Assembly (NCBI RefSeq): GCF_009914755.1
Contig: NC_060935.1
Reading direction: 5' to 3' (one strand)
From: the human T2T-CHM13v2.0 reference genome, Homo sapiens
Length of the DNA stretch: 64,000 bases
Each line of letters opens with the position of its first letter. The stretch's first letter is position 1. Shown here one piece after another: positions 13,756-34,053 of the stretch. The translations under genes were made by a program, and so were the position numbers. A model generated the notes under the pieces. It saw only the letters and a program-made list of their open reading frames with translations. It did no database searches and was not told the origin of the DNA.

Positions 13756-14753
13756 AAACTTCAACTCTGCAAATGCAGTGAAATATTTTACTAAAACAAA
13801 CAAGTATTATTAATAAAAATAATTTTGCAGAAATTTCTCTTACTCTTTCACTTTATTTTGATTCTTTAAGCTGGTTTTGGAATGAGCAACTATTTGTGTA
13901 ACCACTGACTGTTAGAGAGTATTTATCACTGAGGCAGTCCATACCTGGGAAATAATGTTTCTGTTCTGAGTGATCTCGCAATAGTAATTCACTTATCTGT
14001 GGCTGTATTTTCTTATCTGTAAAGTGAAAGTATTGAACTAAACAGTCTCTATCTCGAAAATCTCTAAATGTTATTTGAAGTTTTTTCTTTACAGTACAAT
14101 GGGGTAGATGAGACAAACATCTGAAAATGTATGGAGAGTGTTTGCTAAATAACCTGTTAGTAGTTTAATGCAGAACAAACAGAATATATAGCTGTAAATA
14201 GGAGATATTTGAGGGAAATCACCATTTGAGCTTATTTCTATCGCCCCCATGATTTTATCTTTCTTTTTACAGGAAACTTTTCCAAGCCTGTTATTAATCA
14301 GTGACTTGTCCTGCTTTTCATCATATACAGTGATGATTTTTCTCATATAGAGTGGAGCTGTCCTCTCCAGTACCTGGAACAATGCCAGCCACATAGTAGA
14401 TGCCCAATAAATATTTAGTGAAAGAGTGAATGGAAGCAAGAGGTGACATGATTCTGGGAACTGTGTGTAGTTTGGTTACTCTTGTGAGTAGATGTGAGGA
14501 AACAAGATCCTTTCACTCTCAATGTGTCTACACTGGCAGAAGAATTGCTAATATGTGTTTAGGGGTGTCTGTATTCACACTATGCCAACCCAGAGTAATA
14601 AATGGGTCCATACATGCTTGTGGATAAGAATGGCTTTAGAATTTCCCTTAGTAAGAATCATTACACAACAGTCCAAAGGACTGTTGTCACGTGGTCCTAT
14701 TTGTGCTCTCAAATTCTTGCTCTTTAAAAATTTTGTTTTAAAGAAACGGTATT

Positions 14754-16244
14754 AATCCTAAGCAAAAAGAACAAAGCTGGAGGCATCACGCTACCTGACT
14801 TCGAACTATACTACAAGCCTACAGTAACAAAAACAGCATGGTATGGGTACCAAAACAGATATATACACCAATGGAACACAACAGAGGCCTCAGAAATAAC
14901 ACCACACATCTACAACCATCTGATCTTAGACAAACCTGATAAAAACAAGAAATGGGGAAAGGATTCCCTATTAAATAAATGGTGCTGGGAAAACTGGCTA
15001 GCCATATGTAGAAAGCTGAAACTGGATCCCTTCCTTACACCTTACACAAAAATTAACTCAAGATGGATTAAAGACTTAAATATCAGACCGAAAACCATAA
15101 AAACCCTAGAAGAAAGCCTAGGCAATGCCATTCAGGACATAGGCATGGGCAAGGACTTCATGACTACAACACCAAAAGCAATGGCAACAAAAGCCAAAAT
15201 AGACAAAAGGGATCTAATTAAACTAAAGAGCTTCTATACGGCAAAAGAATCTACCATCAGAGTGAACAGGCAACCTACAGAATGGGAGAAAATTTTTGCA
15301 GTCTACCCATCTGACGAAGGGCTAATATCCAGAATCTACAAAGAACTTAAACAAATTTATAAGAAAAAAAATCAAACAACCCCATCAAAAAGTGGGCAAA
15401 GCATATGAACAGACACTTCTCAAAAGAAGACATTTCTGCAGCCAACAGACACATGAAAAAATGCTCATCATCACTGGCCATCAGAGAAATGCCAATCAAA
15501 ACCACAATGAGATACCATTTCACACCAGTTAGAATGGCGATCATTAAAAAGTTGGGAAACAACAGATGTTGGAGAGGATGTGGAGAAATAGGAATGCTTT
15601 TACACTGTTGGTGGGAGTGTAAATGAGTTCAACCATTGTGGAAGACAGTGTGACGATTCCTCAAGGATCTAGAACTAGAAATATCATTTGACCCAGCCAT
15701 CCCATTACTGGGTATATACCCAAAGGATTATAAATCATGCTACTTTAAAGACACATGCACCTGTATGTTTATTGTGGCACTATTCACAATTGCAAAGACT
15801 TGGAACCAACCCAAATGTCCATTAATGATAGACTGGATTAAGAAAATGTGGCACATGTACACCATGGAATATTATGCAGCCATAAAAACGATGAATTCAT
15901 GTCCTTTGCAGGGACATGGATGAAGCTGGAAACCATCATTCTCAGCAAACTATCACAAGGACAGAAAACCAAACACTGCCATGTTCTCACCCATAGGTGG
16001 GAATCAAACAATGAGAACACATGGACACAGGGTGGGGAACATCACACACCGGTGCCTGTCAGGGAGTAGGGGGCTGGGGGAGGGATAGCATTAGGAGAAA
16101 TACCTAATGTAAATGACGAGTTGATGGGTGCAGCAAACCAACATAACACATGTATACCTATGTAACAAACCTGCACGTTGTGCACATGTACCCTAGAACT
16201 TAAAGTATAATAATAATTAAAAAAAAAAAAGAAAAAAGAAAAAG
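14754..16244 (+). mobile_element. 5'-truncated L1PA element (ORF2 3' part, 3' UTR, poly(A))
   Basis: ORF2 C-terminal peptides ([31 protein letters not shown]...HCWWECK) and the typical end tgtaccctagaacttaaagtataataataa plus A tail. Confidence 0.95.
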
Positions 16245-16369
16245 AGAAACGAGGGTCTTGCCCTATTGCCGAGGTTGGACTCCTGGGCTGAAGTGATCCC
16301 TCTCCTTCTCAATAGCTGGGGCTACAGGAGTGCGTCACCACGCCCGCCTGGCTCAATTCCTGCTCCTTT

Positions 16370-17270
<901 letters not shown>

Positions 17271-17796
17271 GACACTCAGTAAATGTTAGCTAATCTTGTA
17301 TGCCAGGAGCATTGGCCACCATATCTAATGTAATTACAAGGCAAATTTTAGCCCCTTTTTTACCAAAGACTGGATGAACCCAGTCCCTGGTGGTCTAGTG
17401 GCTAGGAGAAAAAAAAAAAAAAATGAGCCCAGACGTTCAGTTTCCGAAGCAGCATAGTTGGGATTTGAATCCCGATCATACATACTGCTTGCATGCACTG
17501 ACGAGTTGATTTTGAGGAATTTTACCACGCACTAACCAGCTCCACCCTCTGGCCCTCCGTATCGTCGTCTGTGAAATGAGGATGACCATCGCTATCTAAC
17601 AGGATTCATCCCTCCATTCGCTAAACCAGGTTTTGTTTCGTGCTTGTCAGGGCTTGTGCTAGGTAACGGATGCATCAGGGATCTTGTATGGGGTTTCCAA
17701 TCTGGCCTATTTTGTGGAGGGTACACTGAGAAAATTTTGTGCAAAAGACTTTAGCACTCTAAATACAAGAAGTGGCTGAGCAGGAGAAAGTGGGGG

Positions 17797-18208
17797 TGTG
17801 TTATTCCATTTTGCATTGCCACAAAGGAATACTGAGACTGGTATTTTATAAAGAAAAGAGGTTTATTTGGTTCTGCAGGCTGTACAAGAAGCATGGCACC
17901 AGCATCTGCTTCTGTTGAGGCCTCAGGGACCTTCCACTCATGGTGGAAGGTGAAGGGCGAGCAAGCAGGCAACTCACAGGGCAAGTGAGGGAGCAAGACA
18001 GAGGAGAGGAGGTGCCAGGCTTTTTTTAACAACCAGCTCGCCCATTGACTAATAGAGCGAGAACTCACTCATTGCTTCAGGGAGGGCACCAAGCCATTCA
18101 TAAGGGATCCACTTCCATGAGCCAAACATCTCCCACTAGGCCCCATCTCCAACACTGGGGATCACATTTCAACATGACAATTGGAGGGGACAAACATCCA
18201 AACTACAT
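17797..18208. mobile_element. MST-type MaLR LTR in PTS intron 1
   Basis: tgtgttattccattttgcattgccacaaaggaatactgagactgg ... ggggacaaacatccaaactaca. Homologous to the copy at 5697-6468. Confidence 0.8.
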
Positions 18209-18917
18209 TGGGGGGAAAATAAAGAGGATCTCAAAAAAAAGGGGTTGTATAATAAGCTTAAACACCTGAGGGTGGTAAGGTCTCATAGACGATGCGAAAT
18301 TGAATGGATGGGTATAAGTATAAACATTAAGCAATTTGTTTTCTGTCTGAGACGACAGCCAAAGATTGTAATTTTAAAAATTCACCTGCTTGGAATATTC
18401 CTCAACAGATTGGTAAAGTTCTCATGAGGCAGTAGTTGAGACATAGTATAAAGCAAGATTGCTAAATAGGAGACTTACCAGGTCATGTAATTTTTTTAAA
18501 TTATTTTTTCTGGATGAGTAGTTTAGCTTCTGAGAGAAATGAGATAGTAAGCCACTTTGCGGATCACCATCTATGTTTATCATTATATGCTGTTATTTCA
18601 TTCAGCACTTGCCTGTTACATTGTAGGCACTCAGTAATGTTGAATTGAAAAGTGGAAGGCCCATGAGCAGATCAGTTGCTGTGGAACAAGGGGGTTGAAG
18701 TTAAGGTTTGTTTGTGCTAATTTGTATGGTACAATCTTCTAATTAGGGAATATGCCATGGTTTGTGACGTATACGTAAGTAATAAAATCAACATGATTTC
18801 TGACTCTCCCTTTGGTGAGCTAAAGTAATAAATTGGGAAACTTTTCAAAGATCAGTACAAATAATAAATATAAGGAACAGAGAAGGGGGTTTGAATGTGA
18901 TACTTGTGTCATGCTGA

Positions 18918-19055
<138 letters not shown>

Positions 19056-19729
19056 TAAGGATGAAAGAGTATTCAGCAAATGTAGACATAAAGAATGGGA
19101 AAACTTACGGACACAGTGTGAATGCTTTGAGCCTTGAATGAGAAATTAAATGGGAGTTCAGAATGAAAGGATCTGTTGTCTTGGTTGGGTGTGTGTTAAG
19201 TTTTACCTTGCAATGTCAACTCTTACAAACAGTCCAAAACAATGAATGGTTTAAAGCATTTTTCTTTGTCCTAGAGTACACAACAAGTTTCTTTCTGATT
19301 AGGTATGGCCAAGGCTAATGTTAAAATTAGATTTTATTCTTTGAGTAAATAATGACTGACAAAAGGGGAATGTTGCCTAGGAATGTAATGTATGGCAGAA
19401 AAATAGGTTTGGTCTAAAGCTTTGCCAGCAGTGTTCGAAGAAAGTAGGTAATTTGTTCAAGGATAAGAGACTTGATTCTTTGAGGTACAGCCTGCCTTAA
19501 AAAACAGGTACATAAGTCGTAGAGTATAAAACAGTATGTGGTGTGGTGGCATAAAAAAAAACAGACAAGGTGTCAGGAGATTAGGATTACTGGTTTAGCT
19601 ACAGCCTCTTCCTTAATCTATGGTATCTCAGTCTCAGTGTACTCACTTACATGTAATATCTAATGGTATTTGTACAGAACTAAAATACATAAATTCATAA
19701 AAGTTATTAATGTGTAAAGCACTGATAAA

Positions 19730-20038
19730 GTTTTTTTTTGTTGTTGTTGTTTTTTTTTTTGAGATGGAGTTCCACTCTTTTTGCCCAGGCTGGAATGGTG
19801 TGATCTCCCGTCACTACAACCTCCACCTCCCAGGTTCGAGCGATTCTCCAGCCTCAGCCTCCCGAGTAGCTGAGATTACAGGCGCCCGCCACTATGCCTG
19901 GCTAATTTTTGTATTTTTAGTAGAGATGGGGTTTCACCATGTTGGCCAGGCTGCTCTCAAACTCCAGACCTCAGGTGATCTGCCCGCCTCGGCCTCCCGA
20001 AGTGCTGGGATTACAGGCTTGAGCCACCACGCCTGGCC
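19730..20038 (-). mobile_element. Antisense AluS in PTS intron 2
   Basis: T tail followed by the antisense Alu. Contains cryptic splice sites (see findings). Confidence 0.95.
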
Positions 20039-20554
20039 AAGATTTTTCAAATGCTTCTCACAAGCACTTTTTAATTTACAAAGCATTACTTTAGACTTTG
20101 TATACATTCATGTGAGTAAGGGGACAAGAATTTAAGGCCCAGTAGTATTGCTTGTTCAGAAAGGTACTGCTCAGTATTGGACCAGCTTGCTGTGTAGCTG
20201 GACACCTGCAAGACATTTTCTACTTCTACAGGCAGAGATTGAGCAGCATCTTGATGCTCCCTAGTGCGTTAACATAAGCAGAATTTACACCCTTTTCAGC
20301 CTTGGCTGAGTGCCTCTGCTTAGCCAACATTCCTACTAAGCTCCTTTGTCTCGATTGTGTCTTGCTTTGGTTGCTAAAAAAAAAATCTTAACTAAAATAA
20401 CAGATGTTTTGGGGTAAATATTTAAGTATAGCTTTTGGGGACAGATCTAATAATTTATGTTGCCAACTTGTGCTTGTATGTTGCTAACTTGTGCTTGGAT
20501 GTTGATCTGTTGAAAGTCATGCTGTTTTTTTTGTATTTTGTTTTCTTTCCATAG

Positions 20555-20577
20555 TTGTGGTGACAGTACATGGAGAG
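20555..20577 (+). CDS. PTS: PTS exon 3 (23-nt microexon)
   Basis: ttccatag|TTGTGGTGACAGTACATGGAGAG|gtatgt. Encodes VVVTVHGE and keeps the frame between exons 2 and 4. Confidence 0.97.
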
Positions 20578-20972
20578 GTATGTGCAGAAAATATTTGTGT
20601 GGTTTTTGCAGATTGCTGGGCTCTCTTTCAGCCAGTGTGGTGGATTCTGTGTTGAAAACTGTTCCAGTCAGTATTGCTTCATTGTTGGCCCTTGTATATG
20701 TGTGTGTGGTGAGCTGCCGCCATTCCAGGCCTCTCCTCTACCAAAGTGTTGTCTTTAATATGCTGTATGTGGACAGGTAGAAGGGCTATACAATGAAAAG
20801 GATGCTTGAAGTACATGGTGCTTCCATGCTGAGGTCAATGATTATCTCTGGGATGAAGGCAAATGTGCAAATGTGGGCACAGTCTCTGCACATTGTACTG
20901 CCTTTAATAATTTGCCAGCCGTTTAATATGGAGAGCCTATCACAGTAATATTCACCTTTGTTTATTCTTTAG

Positions 20973-21029
20973 ATTGACCCTGCTACGGGAATGGTTATGA
21001 ATCTGGCTGATCTCAAAAAATATATGGAG
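20973..21029 (+). CDS. PTS: PTS exon 4
   Basis: ttctttag| IDPATGMVMNLADLKKYME |gtaatg. 57 nt. Confidence 0.98.
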
Positions 21030-23509
21030 GTAATGGCATGTTGGGTGCTTATTATGTGCTATTCCCTAACTGTAATATTTGGTGGCCCCCTATCTACCTC
21101 CCCAACCAGTTATCTCCTAAGGTTCCATGACTTTGTGAATAGAACTGGATGTGGGTGTTGGGGAATAGTTGGAAGAACTGCTCGCATGGCCTCTAAAGGT
21201 GTTTTGGTGACTTAACGGAAATTAGTCACAGTTGTGTTACAGCGATGGGAGGAAATATAACATGCTCACCTTGTATTCCTTGTTGGAATATCCTGATTTC
21301 CTTCAGTTAACAAATTCTCCATTTCTTTTAAGACATAGCTTTCTCCTTGAGACTTACTGTCTTTCTTTTTTTTTTTTTTTTTTAATAGGCACAGAACCAA
21401 TGCAAACTTTTCTTTTTGGTAGAGGTAGGGGTCTCACTATGTTGTTCAGGCTGGTCTCAGACACCTCCTGCCTTGACCTCCCAAAGTGCTGGAATTACAG
21501 GCATGAGCTACTGCTCCTGGCCTTCTCCTTGGAGCTTTCTCTTCCCTCTCTGAATATTCCTTGTACCTTTGATCATAGATTTAGACACCACACTGTGTTG
21601 TTCATTCTAGCTTTATTATAAACTCACCAGAGCAGTACCTCATAGAGATAACACACAAGGTGTTCAATGAAGAACTTAACTGATTGTGTCATTATAGAAT
21701 TCTTGCACTGTAAGAGACTTTGGAGATTATTCAGACCAACTTCTTCAACCCATAGATTAAGATTGAGAGATGCTGAACAGTTAACTGACTTGCCCCAGGT
21801 CATATGGCTAGTCATTTGCAAAGCTGGGAGTAGATTTCTTTCCTTCCAGCTGTTTTATTATGCTGTCATTTCACTTGCAGCTTAGGTTTGTTCTGAGATT
21901 TGACATTTGCTTGATTAAAATGATGTTATTAGTAATGATTACTTCTTTCACATTACTTATTCATATATTCAACAAATTTCTCTACTTCGCATCAGTTTTT
22001 GAGCTAAGTGTACAAAGATGAATGAGATGTAGCCCACAGAGTGTATACATTACTTTTTCTAGGAGGTGAAGAATATTATTAAATAACTGTTGATTTAATA
22101 AATGAGTAGAAGAATGAGTGAATGAAGAAACAGCACTATGCTCAAAATACTTTAGGAAAGTTATACAGATAGGGCCAGCATGCATTTATGGGGCAGGGGT
22201 TGGGGGGCAGGCGGGGAGAGAGAGAGAGGGAGACAGAGACAGGAGAAGAGGAGGGGGAGGGGAGGACAGGGGAGGAGAGGGGAGGGGAAAGAAAGAAAAA
22301 GAAAAAGAGAAAAGAAAAGAAAAGAAAGAAAAGAGACAAGACAGCAACATAAAAGGCCTCAACATATGACTAAATACTGGAGGAGGGCTTCTCTATGCTG
22401 TTTTCTGCTTTTGTATGCCTGAAGGACACCACACACTTTCATCAGTAAAAGTGGCTTATCATGGCATGTAGAGTAAAGTTAGAGCTCTACCGTGGGGGGA
22501 GGATTGCTTGAGTCCAGGAGTTCAAGGCTGCAGTGAGCTATGATTATGCCACTTGCACTCCAGCCTGGATGACAGAGACCCTGTCTCTAAAAACAAAACA
22601 AAAGAAAACAAAAAGCCCTGCATAAGAGGCTTTAATGGAGAAATTGGGACTGGAACTGGGATTGAAGATGAAGCAAGGATGCCCGTTTTCTTGTTATTCA
22701 TGTGGAACATCCCTTCATTGGATATATTTCAATAACTGTTTGATCTAGGACTTACTCTTTTTGTATGATTCTAGTTTTTCTCAAGAAATGATTGCTGTTA
22801 CTGTTATTAATGTACCCTTCTTCAAACTACGTCCTATGGAAAATTACATTTTTTTTTCACAGATGCTTAGATTTTTTGCAATAGCTAAAAGCAAAAACCT
22901 AGAAAGAATGAGGCAATTTAATCCTTGCTGATGATGAGGAAAAACATTATGTTAATATACACGAGCATTAGGGAGTAATAGTCTTTACATATATATATTT
23001 TTCCTTCTATGAGCCCAAGATCATTCTTAAATTATTCCTCATAGCAAAAATTTAGAACTACTTACATAATTTCAGTCTAGGTCTGCTTTATAAAATGTAG
23101 TAGTCACTGGATCTTTGTCCTTATGATATTGTGGCATTGTTCCGTAGGTGTGACAGTGTTATGGAAAAATATTTGTGCTAACTGTTTGGACAGGATTCAC
23201 AAAGTGTTAAACTGAATTCTGAATTACAATGGCTTGTGTTGCGAGAAAGCTCCAGGAATTCTCTGCTTTTTGGTTTCTCACCTCTTTTTATTCAGTAACA
23301 AGGATTCCTAATCATTACCGACAGCTGGGCCTGACTTTATTTTACAACTTGAAATTTTGTAAAGTTGCCTTGTAAGACTCAAATCTAGTACTTACAAATA
23401 TTTAGTTAGTGGCTAAGTGATAAGGTGAGGTTTAGAGGCATAAGTGGAACAATTTGGAATTTGAGTCGTAAATGGAGTCAATGATATTTTCCCTTGGTTT
23501 TGTCTCTAG

Positions 23510-23614
<105 letters not shown>

Positions 23615-23746
23615 TAAAACAAGAATTGATTTGAATACTTTGATTGTTGTGTGATTTCTGAAGTTTTAATTTAATGAAATCTTTCGAAACTAGAATTTCT
23701 ATTTTCTGTAAATATTAAACATGAAATTTTATTGTTTGCATTTTGA

Positions 23747-23902
<156 letters not shown>

Positions 23903-24297
23903 CTATTGGGGTTAGCATTGCACAAAGCCCAGTTTCTTTCTGTGTTTGAAAAAGATTTTGATCCCCTTGGAATATTAAGAGGTCAACACGTGATTGTTGT
24001 ACGTACACATTGTGCTCTGGAGTGCCTATTTATTGAAATCATTGTAAGACCTGTTATAAATTTAAGTCTATTTAAAACTAAACTTGTAATATACATCCTG
24101 AAAATCATTTAGAGAGTCTTTTATTTATAAATTAAAAATCACTTCATTTTCACAAAATGTTTTGGTGTGGGATTATTTGAAAGCAAAAGAAATCTAATTT
24201 TGTTTTCTCCATTACCTCATTTTAGTATTAATTTTTACTTGGTATAATATACATGGTTAAAATGCTTATGTGACTTCGAGTAGGTGAATCTTAAAGA

Positions 24298-24303
24298 AAT
24301 AAA
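24298..24303 (+). terminator. PTS polyadenylation signal
   Basis: AATAAA about 400 nt after the stop. An ATTAAA at 24131 is a possible proximal signal. Confidence 0.7.
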
Positions 24304-25372
24304 ATTCAAGTGACCACAAAGTCTGGAGACAATATATATATGTATATTTAATAGATTGAACTCTCTTGATTACTACTTGTTGGGTGTGCTGAAGGCATAA
24401 GTGGATTCAGTGAAAATTAGACACACAAATCATGTGAGGCATCTGTTGTGGATACACGTACAAATATTGATGGAAATGCTGCTTTAGAGCACATCATTCA
24501 TTACAATTTTGCACAGCGTATTGAACTATGAATTGCTAGTGAGGAACAACACATTAAACATATCATGGAATATCAGTAAATTATTCAGTATACTCCTCTG
24601 AATTTCTGAACCTGATGGGCACTTGAATAATTTCAACTCAGAAGACTGCAGAATAATCATATTTTAAACTCTAAAAAATAGTCAGCATAAAAAGGATCAA
24701 CTACCATATAAAATATTTCCTGTATATAGTTTTTCCTAATTGATCCCATTTTGTTCTGATTATTAAACTTACTATATGCTTGGCATTCTTCTCTGGGATC
24801 TTTTCCTCGTGACTAAATCCACAAGAAAGTATTTGCTTACTTTGCACGGAAGACTGTTCTGTGTTCTTGTTTGTTTTCTAAATGTCTTAAACGCAGGGTT
24901 CTGATTTTCTCTCCACATAGCAACTAGTATACAATGAATTCCCAGAATGTTGTTGCCTGAAAATAGTAAAAGGACTTTTGCAGTGATTACTATTCTAGAA
25001 AAACTTGCAAAGAATAGTCTTTTCTAGTGATTGCAGAAATATAAAGTTTGACAGTAATGCAAATGGCCACTGAATTATATTTGAATGTATTTTAGTTATC
25101 AAACAATTTGTTCTCTATGTAGAATGTTTTGTATTGATTACTTGAAAGGCAGATAGCTGTTATTTATTAAGACACTTTATGTTTTAATTCACACAAATAC
25201 CCTGCAAGGTAGGTATTCTCATTCTTTAGGTAAGATAATTAAAGTTGAGAGAGTTTAAACTATTTGCTTTAGATCATTCAGCAAATAAATTGCAAACTGG
25301 ATGTTTAACATTCAGGGTCTTTCTGACTCCAAAACACAGACTCTGAAAAGGGACAATTTGAATATTTCCAGA

Positions 25373-30649
<5,277 letters not shown>

Positions 30650-31535
30650 CTGTCTCTCATTTCTGATGTCACCACATGAGTCCAAACCGCCACTGTTTCT
30701 TGCTTGGATTACTGACATGGCCTCTTAACTGGTCTCTGCCTTCCCCTTTAGTTCTGTTCCACAATCCTATGGATCTTTCTAAAAGAGTAAATTAGATCTT
30801 GTCACTTCCCTCCCCCGTATCACCACTTGAAAGCTTCCTCCTGCTTTAGGAATATAATCCAAACTCCCCACACTATCTACCAAGCCTGATAGGATCCAGT
30901 CCCTGCCTGCTTCCCAGCCTCAAGCCCTTCACTGTTTTGGTTACATTAGCCTGCTCTGAAGTCCTCAGACGCACCAATTCCATTCCTGTCTCTAGAGCTC
31001 TGCATTTACTGCCCTTCTCCCTGAACTGCCGCTCCCCTAAATCCCCTGCAGAAAAACCTAAGCATTCTTCAGATCTCAGCTTACATGTCACCCTCTTGGA
31101 GAAGCCTTCCTCAGGCCAGCCGTATAGATAGAACCTTGTTGTATTCTAGGACAATACCATATACTCCTCTTTCTTGCAGTTTTAAAGTTTTGTATATTTG
31201 CTTCCTTTTGTCTTTTTCACTAGTTTACTGTCCATCCCAACCACGAGGGTGTCAGCTTCACAAGGGCTGAAGCCCTGTCTGTCTGGTTCATTCTTGTCTC
31301 CCCAGGACCTAGTGTAATGCCTGCCATACAACAGGTGCTGAATAATTATTTACAGGATGAATGAATGTGCCTGCCATCTCTAAAGAAGTGGTGAATCTAG
31401 TAATCTGGTTTGGTAAATTTTTTGAGATTTAATAGCTAGACTACAAGTGTATACCACCATGTCTGGTTAATTTATATTAGATAGATAGACAGATAGATAG
31501 ATAGATAGATAGACAGATAGATAGATTTTTAGTAG

Positions 31536-31709
<174 letters not shown>

Positions 31710-32324
31710 TAGAGAACAACCACTACAATATAAAATAAAATTTCGTAAGTATTCCTTCAAAGCTGTTTATCTGCCTAACTTAATCTTCCTGGGAATTTTC
31801 CATTGCTATTTGTGGATACAATTTGTTTTAGTCTTCAACTACTGATTTAGGTAAAGATAAGCCAGAACTCTAAATCCCAGCCCTTTTGGTAAATGGCCAT
31901 CCTCATGACCACACAAGGGGCCTCCCTTTTAGCAGGGTAAACAATAAAGGTTGCATGTATTTGTCTCTCTCCCAGCTGTTGGAGAATAGATTTGTCTTAG
32001 GCAGGGAGAGCCTCAGCTGATTTTGCAAAGAATGCTCTTTATCATTCTATCTGTTTGGCCGCGAGAGCAGGATTCCTTCTGGAATGTGGAACTGACCTCA
32101 TTTGTGGTAACACTGAGGCAATATTTATTTTCTGGCAAATGTGAGCCTCCTAATTTGTTGCTGTAATAACCCTCAGTAATTCCCAGATTACTAGGCGGAG
32201 AGTCAAGGCTCCATTCTTGAAGGGGAAAATGGTGTTTGCAAAAGAAAAAAAATGCAACTTAACCAGATTGTGGGGTATAGCATATTCCACCCACATGTGA
32301 GAGCAGGTTGATGTCTGTGTGTTT

Positions 32325-33850
<1,526 letters not shown>

Positions 33851-34053
33851 CTCCCCCATCCTGCCCTTTTTCTTTTGAGACAGAGTCTCACTATCTCCCA
33901 GGCTGGAATGCAGTGACACAATCACAGCTCACTTCAGCCTTGATCTCCTTGGGTTCAGGTGATCCTCCTGCCTCAGTCTCCCAGGTAGCTGGGACTCAAG
34001 TTCACACCACCACACCTAGCTAAATTTTTGCATTTTTTTTGGAAGAGATAGGG

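Noticed and set aside
15145-16069. L1 ORF2 peptides as a functional reverse transcriptase or mobile system
   Set aside because: The element is 5'-truncated and broken by stops and frameshifts. The same applies to 34054-37220.
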